64,000 bases of DNA, from the NCBI GenBank assembly GCA_035084275.1, contig CM068750.1:8060001-8124000 (forward strand), given 5' to 3'. Of the stretch, positions 1-13,676 are shown piece after piece. The DNA is from Hydrolagus colliei. Lineage: Eukaryota. A program made the position numbers and the translations under genes. The number at the start of each line of letters is the position of its first letter. Within the stretch, counting starts at the first letter, position 1. The notes under the pieces are model-generated. The model saw only the letters and a list, made by a program, of their open reading frames with translations, searched no databases and was not told the DNA's origin.

Positions 1-997
1 GCCATAATTTACACATATTCAATGCTAATTATCTTTGAATTCAAAATGCGCTGTAATGTACACAGTGAAATAGCATATCATTAAAAAGACAGACATCTTG
101 TCACTAGACAAATGCGTTTCATTTTCTGATGTGGTTTGGCAGAAATATCTGATTCCTGTTGCACGTGATCCTTGGCTTTCATCCTGAGGTATTAGGTATT
201 AATTTTCGACCCTATTATAATGTAAAATACAGGGGCAGCTGACTGAGCGAACTATTGCCATCCACTTTTAACAAATTGATCCCAATTTACTTTGCGTTTG
301 ATGGGAATGGAAAGTTTGACAGTTGTCGTAATACCATTGGTGTCTGTGTTGCTCCTTTGTCAGCTGCAGAAGATGGAAAGCACTGTCTGGTTGGTTTTTC
401 AAGTATGAAATTAACATGAAGATTATTGGGGTGGAGCAGGTTTGATTCACCATTTAGTTTCCACTTCATCCATTTCTGATACTTATTCAATCTGGATTTA
501 ATTTGTTCTCCAAATGAAACAGCACTTCAGAAGCATCCATTTAAGACCCTATAAAATCAAGTGTTTTCTTTTAGAAAAAATACTCCCAATTGCTAAAGAT
601 GATTAACATTCCCAATATGATTCATAATAAATCGCATCGACACCCACTAAGATTAAATGGATGTCCTCACTTTTAATTATCTTCTGCCAGTGCAGTCTGT
701 GAGTTGTTGGGGCTCAAGAGAAAATTGCTTGCCTTCTGACAGTGCTATTAACTAGCGGCTGACCCAGTATTCTGCCTTGAACCCTCTTGTTGCTCATTTG
801 TTCTTTTCCTCCAATGTGTTCATTACTCTGAGGCTGTTTTGTTTCACACTTGCTTGTGTAAGACTGCTATCTGACTGGGGCATTTTGAATAGACGGGTCA
901 TACTTCAAAGTGGAATTGAGTTTCTTTCCTGTCTTTTTTCCTCTCTTCCACTTTAGAATCTCAATTCATGTAGATTTTAATAAATTCTTAGCAAAGT

Positions 998-1355
998 AGA
1001 GTCCGCAGCATGGTGGTTAGCGCACTCCCCTCGCAAACCTGGGTTTGGTTCCCTTATGCCGGTTGAAACCTTAAGCAAGTTTCCTTACACACCGCTGTTT
1101 AATAGCAGCAGGTAGAAATCTGGTGTAGTCAATTGGCGGATAATTTTTCCGGGGTAATAATCAGTTTTTTTTGAAAGTGGGCACTCAATCCACGAGTGTT
1201 AGTGGGACACTGTTATGTGCAATTCGTTGCCACATTTCGCCTTCAAAATATACAATAAATTAGCTTTACAGAATACTCTGTAAATGAGATGAGATGTCTC
1301 GAGATTGAGATGTCTCAAAGACATGATAAGGCGCTATATCAAAAGCAAGTTATTA
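998..1355 (+). mobile_element. tRNA-derived SINE with L2-like tail, diverged full-length copy
   Basis: Head gagtccgcagcatggtggttagcgcact, body gaaaccttaagcaagtttccttac, tail gcgctatatcaaaagcaag. Confidence 0.8.
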
Positions 1356-2329
1356 ATATTACTATTAATTTGGCAGCTTTTTCAGGTGGTTCTGTGATTA
1401 CAGTAATTACTATTGAGTGTAATGATTGTTTTTGTATGCAAATGTGATGAGACATTGTGCACATCAATTGCCCCCAAAGAGCCATGTGGTGAATGACCAA
1501 TTTAGCTGGAGGAGTTAAATTGAGTCCTGCAGACCGGTAGAGTTGTCCTCCCAAGTCACAGGATCTTTTAACATCCACCTAACAGGTAGAAAGGCCGTCG
1601 GTTTGAGGTCTCATGCCAAAGGATGGCTCCTCCGACAATGCAACACTCCTCCAGCACCACATTGGAGTATCAGACGAGGTGTTCAATTTGTTTTGCCTCC
1701 CCTGAGGTCATCGTTACCTCAGCTAGTGTTATTGGTGTGAGTTTTTTTTCTTGTAGCTGTTAACGGATGCAGCAATGTGCAGGAGCATGCCCTCACGAAA
1801 AGTGGCTTCATTGAATGTTTTCAACAATGAACATTAACAAATTAGAGGTACTTGAGAAATGTATTCATAGAATGAGCATTTTTAATAAGCTTTGTAACAC
1901 GCTTTCAATTGAAATGTCACACAGGGCTTTGATGGTGCAGTGTCAGTCTTGAGATTTTTAAATGAGATCCACATAATGCCGCGTGCACTCTATAATTTGT
2001 TTGTTCTATCTGTAAAAGTGTTGCCTTCACTCCTCCACAATGACTGAGGGCATCCCTCCTCTTTTGTACCTATTGTGTTGTCACTGCTGAACTGTAGCAT
2101 CCTCAGTTTGAAGCTTACTCGAGCAAGAAATTCTTGCTGACAAGTGCCACTCAGCAGGGTCTAAGCTCATAGTAGAGAAAACTACTTTCAAAATAAGAAT
2201 GTTGAAGCCTGGATCAAATCCACCAACATTAACAGAGGTTCAAACACTCCTAGTGAAATCCTCCACATAGTGAGGCACTTCAACATGGCGTTTTTGCACA
2301 ACATACTGCAGATTGCTACACTCACTGTG

Positions 2330-2632
2330 ACCAACATTGCTTTGTATGAGACATTAAATTGAGGTCCCAACTACCTGTTCAAGTGAATACTAAACATCCC
2401 ATGGTAGTATTTCTAAATGGATAGGAGTTTCTTCTGGTGTCCTGGCCAACAATCCTCCAAATAAAATTGGTCATTCACTTCATGGCTGTTTGTGGAACAT
2501 TGCCTTGTGCAATTTGACTCCCATGTTTCATCCACAAATATACTCACTGCACTTCACAGCACATCCTGTAAAGTGCTTTGAGACCTGCTCCTGACATGAA
2601 AGGCACTATATCGAATGTACAGATTATTATTT
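2330..2632 (+). mobile_element. Deu-domain SINE (AmnSINE1/SacSINE1-like) fragment
   Basis: gtatgagacattaaattgaggtcc...aaacatcccatggtagtattt...ggtgtcctggccaa...tggtcattcacttcatggctgtttgtggaacattgc resembles the Deu domain as I recall it, followed by the L2-like tail. Confidence 0.7.
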
Positions 2633-5600
2633 AGCAATATTCATTTTTAATATGAATCTGAAAAAAATTATTCCTTTTCTAGTGGTACCTTCCCTGTTAA
2701 TTCTCACCTTTAACATACATTTTCTTCCCCATTTAGAGAATCAGAAAGTATGAAGGTAATTCGCAAGGCCTTCACAATGTGCAACTAAAACAAAAATCTT
2801 GGGCCTGAGCCATGGAGATGGCTGTAGATTTGATGCTCTTTGCTGCTTCTTCTCATCTTAACAGTGTAGATTTAGAGGCATTGCAATTTCCCTTAAGCAT
2901 CTGGGCCTAGAGTTTCAATAGGTAGCGTGAGTGTCGATCAGTAATTCTCTACTGAAAAACGTATGTGGTGGAGGACATCTGGTGAGGGCTTTTCTTGGCT
3001 GCCCCACAGACATCACCTATAAACACTCCACTGTTACAAACAAAGGCGACTTTATTCAAGCTTGATGTAGAATGTAGGGGACTTTACTATCTGACTTAAC
3101 ACAACTGTTTGACCTTTTGTGTTTTATACTGGCCCGTGTTCAGAGCAGTAAAGATAATACAACAACAAGATTACATTAGTAAAATGTTAGGAGGAAGTCA
3201 CAACATGTTGAACAGTTAAGGGTTAAGACCCGAGCATAGGGAAATGGTTGAGATGAGGGAGGGCAGAGGGAATATGAGGGCGGTTGAAGGCACCGACATC
3301 CTGAGTCATGCCTTGAAGGAGCAAGAGATATCTTTACATTTGATATCATGCCTTATTACGTCTTTGAGATGTCTCAAAGTGCTTCACTGTGTATGCTATG
3401 AAGTGAATTTACTATATTTTGTGTCAGAAATCACAATAACATTTACAGGCCATTTGGTCACTTTGCTGAGTAGAGGATAATGTGAGAAATTAAGAAAAAT
3501 ATCAATTACAAATTAATTAAACTTTCAACCAAGCTCAAAGTGGATTACAGAGAAATTATTGTCTCACACTCTGTGTCGCAGGGAGCTTGTCAATGGTCCT
3601 ATGTCTTTAACTTGCTGTTGCATTTCAGACAAAGGTGCTATAGTGTGTGAAATTTGCTGCGTGATTAATGAGCAAACCTGAGCCAAGGTCAGACAGATTT
3701 AATATTATATTTTCTGCCGCCTCCCTCATTTAGTTTATGAATGTCCTGCGTTAAGAAGAATGAGGGGTTGCTTCAGGATCTGTGCTTCTTGAATGTTCCC
3801 GATGTATTTAAATTTAAAGCTGTGCTGCTTCATACATCAGTGCTGTTAAAGAAAGAGAATAGAAAGAGATGATGGACCACAATTATAACTGTTGATGCAT
3901 CTTTCTCTCCTTTGTGTGGCAACGTCCCCACAGCAGCTATCAACTGACCTTATCTGCTCTCAGACATCTTTGGCCACTGTGCTCTTGTTATGACTCTTAA
4001 AGGTGCCGAGGGTGATTGATTGAGCTCACCAGTAGGGAGGATTCTAGCCCTTATTTGCCCATTCCTCTGTCAATGACAAAGCTTCCTCCCTCACTTTGTT
4101 CAAGGTCCGTCTCAAGACGTTCCTCTTCAACTGTGCTTTCGGGCATCTCTCTCCTTCTCCACCCACTTTGGCTCTCAACCTAAGCTCAAGTGCCCAGCCA
4201 GCAGTGTTGAGCACTTTAAGATGTTCTGCCAACATAATAAATATACACTGTGCTGTATCAGAAATTGACCTGCTGAAAATCCCAGGCATTGACCCTTGCT
4301 TTTTGTGAATAACTGCAGTACATTGCTACACTGCACCATTGTGTCACTGCAGGAAACATAGGTTTGAACAATAAATAAAGTCTACAATAATATATTGCAG
4401 CAGCACATCTGAGCTGATGAACATGTGGTGAATGGGTCCCAAATCTGCATCTCCCTCTTCAGTTAGTTGAGTAAAATTGATGTATCGCTTGCTCAGTAAG
4501 GCGTACTTAGTGTTTAATGTTCAAACTTGTCAATTTTATTCCTGTGCACCGTTATTAATGAACTTCCTCAACCAGAACAATATGTCATCTGTTCTATTAA
4601 ACAGTCTGCACAAATTTCTGCGAATGTACTTCAGGGTAATTAGCTCAGTTATCTGTGAGCATGCCTTTTGGAAGCCATTGCAGGCTGTAAATCAGAATGC
4701 ACCTGAATGATTGGACTGTCCCCTGCATTGCTGCACTGGCTGCCTTTTAATAGAGTCTATTGATGATAAAATGTGTTCCCCAGGGCATCTTTGCACCTCT
4801 GAAAACCTCAGAAGCAGCCTTCCCATTAACCTGATAGTTTAAATAATTGGGAAATGTTACTACAGTAATTGAAGCAGAAGGGAGGTGCATGAGAAAATAA
4901 ATGGAGGGGGATGTAGAGACGAAATTTCCTGAAGTATTGTACATCATTGACTGTGTCAAATATATGAAATTAAGATAGAAATCCTGACTTCTTGTGAAAT
5001 ACAGCAACTGAGAGATTTGCTTTGACGAATAAAACCAGAGAAGCAGACAGATATGTGGTGGCCGCGAATCCTATGCAGTAAACATCTGTGACGGAAACTG
5101 GACCAAGTATGTTATATCAAGAGTGGAAAAGTTGTGGATTACTAATTGCTTTGTTAGTCACTTATATAAAATTAATCACTGCATCATGTTGTTTGGCTGG
5201 CCATGACACTTCTGTTTACAGTACTAGGAGAGAGCAGCCAGGCAAGTCAGTCTTGAAGGTTGTGTGAAGGCTTTGCCGTTTCTGCCACATTTACATTTAT
5301 GACAGTGCTTTAACAGAAGGATATTAGCCAAAGCAACTTTCTGGTGAGGCTTCTTTGCAGTCCTGAGATCAATATCTATGGAAAGATGAGTTTTGTATTT
5401 CACTGGAAATTCCTCACACTGTGTTCCGAAAGACCTTGTAAATTAGGGTATTGTCATTTTAATTTTCATTCAAACCTTTGCCTCCCAGGATGTCACTTTT
5501 TCGATAAAACATACCTCCTAGCAGTGGCCCTGTTGAGTGGTGTTTTTTGACCAGAGATAAAATAATTCTGCATCAAATCTGCGATTTCTGAGCATCCTTT

Positions 5601-7559
5601 TCCAGCCAGTTAATGATGAGTCTTTATCAATAACTGTCATGTACTCGATATGACACTTTTTAGAGTCTGCTAAATTTCCTGTCTCTCCATTTCCTTTACT
5701 CCACGCTGCTGAGGTGATGGGCAAATATTGATCTCAACTGATGCATGTTTCTCAACTGATGACCGCCAGGAAACCATGTTTTATGTAAAAGCTCCATACA
5801 ACTGTTCCCTCTGTGTGTCTGTCCCCCAGTTTTGGGAAAGTGGAAATTGGAAATGAAATGAGTGACGCTATATCCATATGCAGGATTACACAAGCTGTAG
5901 ATTAACCTTCCCCGCCTCTGACTTAGTGCATTTTTTTTTGCTTCTCAAGGTGAAGAATATCAGTAAACACAGAAATGTGGGAAATGCGGAACAGGTAAAT
6001 AAGCACCTGAAAGAGGAGGAAAAAAATCTGAGCATTATGGGAGTGACCTTTGATCACGACATTTTAAAGGCTAGATATTGAAATGTTCTTTGCTTGGCCA
6101 GGTGTTGAGTATGTCCAACATTTCTGGTTTGTTGTTCAGATGCTCAGTCTTAACTTTTTATTGGAGAGATGTTAATGACTTTCTGAACTACCTAGATCTG
6201 TACGAAGACAGTTGGATGCACAGTTGGAGTGCTGTCTGCTCTGCTTGAACAAAATGTCTCTGTTCCTCTACTAAACCAGCATATTTTCAGCTTCACACGG
6301 AAACCGTACCAGTGGCTTTCCTGAATTAGAATAAGACCTATCAATGCCACTAAGTAGGATTGGCAGCACAGTGCGAATGGTAATCAGCAAACATATGCAG
6401 GAAATCATATGCCATTTGTTACATAATGGAAAACCTTGTCTGACTTTGTACTGTGACCCCCGCAGTGTGGTATTACTAAACCTGAAACACTGCTAAAATG
6501 AGGCAATTATCTCCGTTACAGCTTTACATTTCAAAAATTGTTTCAGGGATATAAATTCTGGATGCAATCTCACAAGCTTTTGTATTCTATGCAGATTGGT
6601 GCATTTATATGAATATGCAGTCTGGAGGGTACTATAATAATTGGGTAATGAGGTGATGTGAATATCATTCCACGATATTATAAATTCAGAGACTGAAAAG
6701 CCAAAAGGTGAGCGGTTTCTGAGAATGTTAACTGCCGCAAACAATTGAACAGAGAAGCCGGCGTCTTTGTTCTACTTCATTTGCTGTGTGGTACGGAGCC
6801 ATTGGGGACATCAGCCACACGAACAGAACGTGAAGAACAGAATCAGCTGGTACAGTGGAGAGAGAACCAGGTCATACAAGCTATTGCAACTACTGTTAAT
6901 CCCCTTGGATATAATTGCTTTGTCTGAAGGTACAACACTGTATAAGAGGCACTGAGAAAGATGAATGCGAAGTAATTTCTATCTTATCCGTTTCAGCCAT
7001 ATTTTGTTGTTGAACAAGCTGCCTTTTTTTGTGGTAAAGTACACACTTAATGCTCTCTCCTCATTCTATAATTTATTCTCTCTGATCACCTGAAGATTCC
7101 TTCCTGTAGTCCCGAGCTGTGCATCATTTTGCAATTGAAACTTGCTCTCTGGCCTGTTCCTGATGATGTTTTTAGAATGATTGGTAGGAAGCACAGCATG
7201 TCTTATCACAGCCTGCTTCCTTAGGGAAGTGCCTTGTCCTCTTACTTAATGAAGGTCTGTCTTGTCCTCTTGCCTAAATATAGAAGCACATCTAACTCAG
7301 CCACAGCTGCTGGCACTAACATTGGGAAGACTGCATTGAGAGCATGGCCATGTGGGTGCTCACTGCACTGTCTGATTGATCTTAAGGTGAAACAAACCTG
7401 AGGTTTGTTGGAAAGGGTAGCAGTGCAGAATAATTCAAATTTACACCGGTAACGTTCAGGTATAAAATCAGAAAAGAAAAGTTTTACTTCAACCTTTCTT
7501 ACCCCATTTCCCTCCCCCTCCTGCCCAGATTCTCCACATCACACTCATGTTCTTTATAC

Positions 7560-7850
7560 ATTCTAGCAATATGGGAACACGAGGAAGCCATTCATCCAAT
7601 CAAGTCAATTCTGCCGATTCATAGATCTTGGAAGCTCTTGATACTTTTATAATCCAAATTCTCTGACTTTTTTTCCATATCTTTTAATACCCTTTCTTTC
7701 TCAAGTGTTTGCCTATCTCCCTTTTCAAATCTCTCATTTGATTCTGTATTGTTTGCCTGAGCCAGTACATTCCACATTCTCCAGCCTAATGTGTGAAGAA
7801 TAATTTTCTGATTTCACTTTCAATCTATATTCTCCAAGGTCTATTCTTGC
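7560..7850 (-). mobile_element. Old CR1 3' fragment
   Basis: Degenerate similarity to 15130-15400 (gaggaagccattca.cc, cattccacatt, tgtgtgaagaataattttc). Boundaries approximate. Confidence 0.5.
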
Positions 7851-8140
7851 CCTTCAACAAATCTTTCCAGGTTTCTCCAAAACCAAGAGCTTGTCTCTGG
7901 AGATGCTGGCAAAAACAACTTGTTTGTTCTCTTTACTGCCAACAATTCTGAGTAATTCCCCCCACCCCACCCCCCCACCACCCCCATTGGCTTGCTTTGT
8001 CCATTATATGCACATAGATTCTGCTGTACAAGCATACTTGTGTTTTGGTGGTCAGACAGTTTATGGTAACCGGGGAGAGGAAAAGGAACTGAACAGGTAA
8101 ATGGAGTGTGAACAATGGTTGAAACTGAACCAAGTTTTTA

Positions 8141-8143
<3 letters not shown>

Positions 8144-8172
<29 letters not shown>
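8144..8172. repeat. (TA)n(CA)n compound microsatellite
   Basis: Seen directly. Confidence 0.9.
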
Positions 8173-8799
8173 GCTGTCACGTGTTCCTTTTTGTGGCCAC
8201 TTGCGATTTGAGGAGAGCAAAGAGAAGTTTAATTGCAGCACTAATAAATGGCGGGCACTGTTAGAGCAAGTAACAATGCTGCTTCTGAAGGGTGGTGTTC
8301 ATGAAGGATTCCTTTGTGATTCTCAGAAAGCACCAGGGCTCGCTGCAGGCATTTGTCAGCTGTGTCACTACACAGAACACTTCAAACGCAGGAGGTACAA
8401 GTGGAACGGTAGCTGACATCTCCAGGCTGCAGTGCAACTTCAAGCGTATCTGTGATTTGTGCCACACAAATGTGAAACAGAGCAAAGAGGGAACAATTCA
8501 ATGCAAGGTCATCCGTTTGGATCAGTTGATAGGTAAGTCATACATTAGCAGTCTCAGGCCATTGGTCAATAAGAATGTTCAAGAGTTCATATGCTTGTCC
8601 GATTGCTTGGTGTCCAACCCTGTATCTATACAGCTCTCCGAGATGATAACGTGCATGAATGGTGCTATGTAAATAAAGTTGTTGTATAATTCAATAGGCA
8701 CAGGCAACCCTCTTGGAGGTCGCATATCACAGAGTCAATAAATTCTTGCTCTTCAGCTGTATAAATTTACATATTTGCATTACATGTAGATTTACAGCA

Positions 8800-9076
8800 T
8801 GAGACCTGTGTTTTGAATCCAGGCAGGTCAGGGCGATACCTTGGGCAAGTTTCCTTACTCCACATGCCTAGTAATAATCTATCCAAAAATAACCTGCAAT
8901 AAATTTGTCATTTCAATCCACGCCTGTTTGTGGGACAGTGCTGTGCGCAATTGGCTGCCGCGTTTCACTCACAAATATAGAGTCAATTCACTTTACAGTA
9001 TATTCTGTGAAGCACTTTGAGATGTCTGGAAGATGTGAAAAGCGCAATATCAAATGCAAGGATTATTATCATTATT
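8800..9076 (+). mobile_element. tRNA-SINE family copy
   Basis: gagacctgtgttttgaatccaggcagg...ccttgggcaagtttccttactccaca...cactttacagtatattctgtgaagcactttgagatgtc...atcaaatgcaaggattatt. Confidence 0.88.
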
Positions 9077-12000
9077 TACACATGTTATTCAAGCCAACTG
9101 AAGAGTCTTTTAAAAAAATCTTTCAAAGTAGTTTTACAAATAAACCTTTCAAATCGTTCATTTGTGAAATTCTTTTGAAAAGGCTTAAGGTAGAAATCTA
9201 AATCAACAATTCAGTAAAGACCAGAAATCAAAGACAAAGTCAGTACTTCCCATTGAATTACAAGGTGCTTGTTTGTAAACTTGTTTACTTGTATAGGGTT
9301 CTAAAGGGCTAATATTTTTATGATAATGGTTACTATTGTAACTTAACATAACCTAATGTGTAAGAATCCCTTTGAATGTGAAGAAGTCACCCTTAATCTG
9401 TCCTAGTTTTCATTTTGTCCTATGCCATCAGTATTTGAAGGTCTGTACTGAAGAGTCCTGGAACATTAGTGAAGGGAGTAAGGCAAACAGTTTTCATTGA
9501 CTCCAACCTACATCAATATTAAGCTTCAACTAAATCTTCATACTTCACCAGCAAACAATGCATTCCATTTCGTCAGTGACAAATGTTTGATATTTGTTGT
9601 ACAGTACTAAGAAATGTGGAACCTGCTAATTCAATTTTTAGGTCAGTTAAAGGTCATACTAAGCGAGCTATTAATAATTTAACAACATGGGATCATACTA
9701 ATTATAATCAGGCAATCTATTCCAATTCGAAGTTTAACACTGAGATTTCATGACCACATTTTGTTATGAATAAAATATATTCTTCGTTTTCCCTGTGACC
9801 TACTATCTAAGGCTTTCAGAATAGCTGAATGTCAGGCAGCGAAGTAAGCAACTCTGTATTTTAAATTTGAAACTGTTTCAGGGTGATGGCATTGTTATAT
9901 TTACTGGAATGTGTGTGACTTGTTCTGAGAGCTGATGGGATTCATGCCAGCAAAGGTTGAATCACCAGGTCAAACATGCTGTGGCAAAGTTGGAGCTTTG
10001 GAACTTGAAAGTGTAGATTTTAATCACAGGTTTCACAATTGCAGGCTCAGCACTACCTGATCGATCTCGAATCCTCTACTCTTATTTTCAACCTTAGTAG
10101 CATCCTGCACTTAAGCCTTCATCCAGTTTTCCCAATATAAACCCTGCCAGGTTCCTGAGTGAATGTTTCTGAGGAACATATTAACTTCGTTTGACTGGTT
10201 TCATTTGACAATTTTGAACCAGAGACGCTGTCTGGCGTGGAGGGCGCTATATAAATCGAAGTTGTTGTTGTAATTGGTATTTTCCAAAGTGAACTCTATT
10301 CATTAAAATCTTTTGTTTTATCAACCATTAACAAAGAACATGTTCTCTATTTCAAATGCTTCCTGTTACTTGGAGTTGTGGTCTGATTGACAGTCTTCTA
10401 TAAGTTTGTGTGATAGAGAACAACAGCCACTTGAAACAAACTGTGAAACTAAATGATCCAATAACCTCATAAAAGCTTGATTTAGCAATTTCCCTGGGCT
10501 GTTTGGTTTGCATGTTACTCTGCTAGCTAGCTGTTTGCTTGTTCCTCCCAAATAAAACAAAACAGACACTGCTCCGACTCCAAAAGTGATTGCGTTATTC
10601 CAGATATTATTTGTAACCAGTTTTAAATAAAACTACACACAAAATTGCTATACAGTGTTAGAGACATTCCAAATTTTAGTTTTATGCAGTTTCATTGTTA
10701 TTTTATGCATCATTATTGTGAATAAAACTGATATTTGTCTACCTCCCCAAATTGGTTAGCAGTGCAACTGACTTGTTTAGACCGAGCAATGACAGCAAGG
10801 AATGACGTGGGTTCAATCCTGTGACAGGTGTTTAGGGATCTTGTTATATTGAAGGATAATATGAGTTGCAACAAACTCAAGGTGAAAGAACTGTTGCAGT
10901 GAAAGTAAATAAGGTGAGATAACATCAAAAGCAAGGTGCTGCAGGATTAAGTGGGGACAAAGTATATCATGGGATCATTTATTGGTTTCAGTTGGGAATA
11001 ACTGGCCATTCGTTTTTGATTTATGGAGGTGACACGTTTGCGTTCAGAGAATGAGAAGATGGGTGTCAGATGCTATGACAAATTTGCATTTGTAATGAGG
11101 AAAGTTTCTGCTCAAATGAGGTTACTCTAAAAGTTTGGTTCTGTTCAGTTGGAATAATTGAGGGTTGTCTTTGCAGCATGTCTTGCCAGGTTTACAGTGT
11201 CCTGTCGCTGAAAAGCTTTTAATTATTTGAGAGCTTCCTTAAGGTTAAGATCTTTTTGATTGAAGAAAACAAAACAAACACACAGCTGAATGCTTGATGC
11301 TGAATGCTTGATGCTGTTGCAAGTATAACATCTGCTCTAGGTCAAACTTATCCTGGGCAATCAACATGACTGCTCTTAAGCACAAAGTTAGGGACCAACA
11401 TGTATGTGACATGTATGTGCATGGGTACTCCATCAGCCCATGTCAATGCCTTGACCATACAGAGGGGGGAACCAAGTTGGTGTTTGTGGATGAATAGGCC
11501 AAAAATGTTTCCAACATGCTCAATATTTTTGAAAGGAGTCACTGAAAGGTGTTACTGTTCAAGTCTTCATGGTGGAGCTGGGCAATGCATTTCACCGATC
11601 AATTTACAAGTAGATTTTTGTTTTTTTCTTGTCCAGATCTGCATCCATCCTGCTGTTTTAGGAACAGGTGTAGAAACTGCCTAATTTCTAATAAAAATAT
11701 TAATAATCATTGCGTTTAAAATTGTGCCCTTCACACCCTGGGGTGGGTGGGGGGACATCTCAAAGTTCTTCACAGAAATTAGTGTCAAGTGTATTGACTG
11801 TCTTTCTGTTGCCAGATAGTTTCCACAGCAGCCGGACAATATGCAGAAAAAGGGGAAAAAGGGTTAAGAAGCCCCTTGTTATAAATCCAGCAGTTTCCAT
11901 TGCCATGGGGGTGGGGGGGGGGGTGGGGGGGGGTGATGGGGTGAGGGTGTGGAGGCAGGGATAGAGAGAAACCAGCTCTTCTCATGAGTGTCAAATTCCC

Positions 12001-13511
12001 AAGAGCAATATCATTTGCCCACCTTTAGTCCTGGGATCCAGTATGTTATCCAGTTAGCGGATATATCATTTGTGATCTGAGGGAATGAATGGGAATGGAC
12101 TTTTTGATCATGAAAATTATTACAATTAAGCCACTTACATCTGCACATTTCAATTGAATTTATTGGATATGGATCAGGAACCCCAAAAGTGTCTGGATTT
12201 TTCTCTCACACCCTAGCCTGCTTAGCACTGGCAACAGTTAGTTATAAAACACCAATTGCCGGTTGAGTTAGCTCAGCACACACTGCAAAATCACACCTGC
12301 AGCCTTCTGATCCAAAGACATTAATGTCGTCATTTGATTTGTGCTATTACTCTGTTTTTGCTCTGTGTGTTATGCCTGTATGAGTGTGTGTCTCTCCCTT
12401 TCTGTACCAGTCTCTTCACCACAATTGTCACAAAGTGAAGTGAGAGTCATTTTAAAAACTCTGCAATGACAATTTGTTGCAGTATTGCTCTTCCTTCCAG
12501 TGTATATTGGACTACTTTGCTCAGAATGAAAACCACATAAGTGATTGTGTCATTGATTCACTTTTCACAATTCCTGATGTTGGAAATTCTGAAGTTATGG
12601 AGTTCATTTTTAAATTGAACTTAATATGAATAGTTATATCTAAGTTTTTTTAAAGAAAAAATATATTCTCCCTCTGGCACTTTGAAGATGCACACAACTA
12701 TCATGATAACATGGTCAGGAATGAAATGTTGGACATATTGAAATGCTATGGCTACTGTAATAATTGTTCCATAATCTGACATAAACTATTTCATCTCAAT
12801 GATCTGAGAGTCAAGTCTCAGTGGTCTTATTGCTCAGTTTAGGCTACAATCCAGAACATTCATTCCAAGGAAATCAACATGGCTCTGCATTGGATCTTGT
12901 TCCAAATTTGTTTTGTTTTTTCTTTTCTGATGGCTGAAGGCTGCATAAATCTCCTCAGAGGCACAAATGGCACAACACGGCTGCTGTTTATAAATAAATG
13001 GTTTGATGATAAAGCAGCTGTTTTCTTACTTGAGGCAAATACTATCAACATCATTTTTAATGCAAATTTAGATTGCTCTGACTGAACCATTTCTAGTCTA
13101 GGTCAATTGAAAAGTGATGACTTTTCTCCCACTGTCTTTTTAGGCATCTCATTGGTTGAAGGATCAATGGGGAGGCTGTGCAGGTCTGCTTGCAGAGGAT
13201 ATCATGCAAATGTAGTTTGCTTGGTTTCTTAAATTGTTTGTATCAGTGCTCTGAGACACTATATCATTTCCCATTGTTTTTGATGCCTTTTGTTTCAAAT
13301 GATTTTTCCCATTAGCTTCTCCCTTTATTCTTCTCTCCTGAATTCAGGGCTGGGAAGCCAAGACCTCATTTCTCATACGAGTGCCTGAGGTTTGGATATA
13401 GTACTATAAAATTAATGCATACTTGTTTACAGAAAGCTTATAACAATAGTGCCATAATCTCCTACTACCAGCCCTCAAATAAGCGAAAACTCACGTATCC
13501 TGGATACAGAT

Positions 13512-13676
13512 NNNNNNNNNNNNNNNNNNNNNNNNNNNNNNNNNNNNNNNNNNNNNNNNNNNNNNNNNNNNNNNNNNNNNNNNNNNNNNNNNNNNNNNNN
13601 NNNNNNNNNNNNNNNNNNNNNNNNNNNNNNNNNNNNNNNNNNNNNNNNNNNNNNNNNNNNNNNNNNNNNNNNNNNN
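13512..13676. other. Assembly gap (165 N)
   Basis: Run of N. Confidence 1.

Noticed and set aside
287-490. Short SAADK motif reminiscent of MAX, a FUT8 neighbour in mammals
   Set aside because: Only five residues match, with no following basic helix (RAHHNALER) or exon structure, so it is a chance match.
5732-5761. Short direct duplications (also at ~14235, ~26773, ~63351)
   Set aside because: These are ordinary slippage-type 10-16 bp tandem duplications.
8905-9201. Recurring peptide HFTVYSVKHFE..RCEKR.IKCKDY in several ORFs (also at 38455, 45200, 47375, 61024), suggesting a small gene family
   Set aside because: It is the translation of the SINE tail, not a conserved coding sequence.
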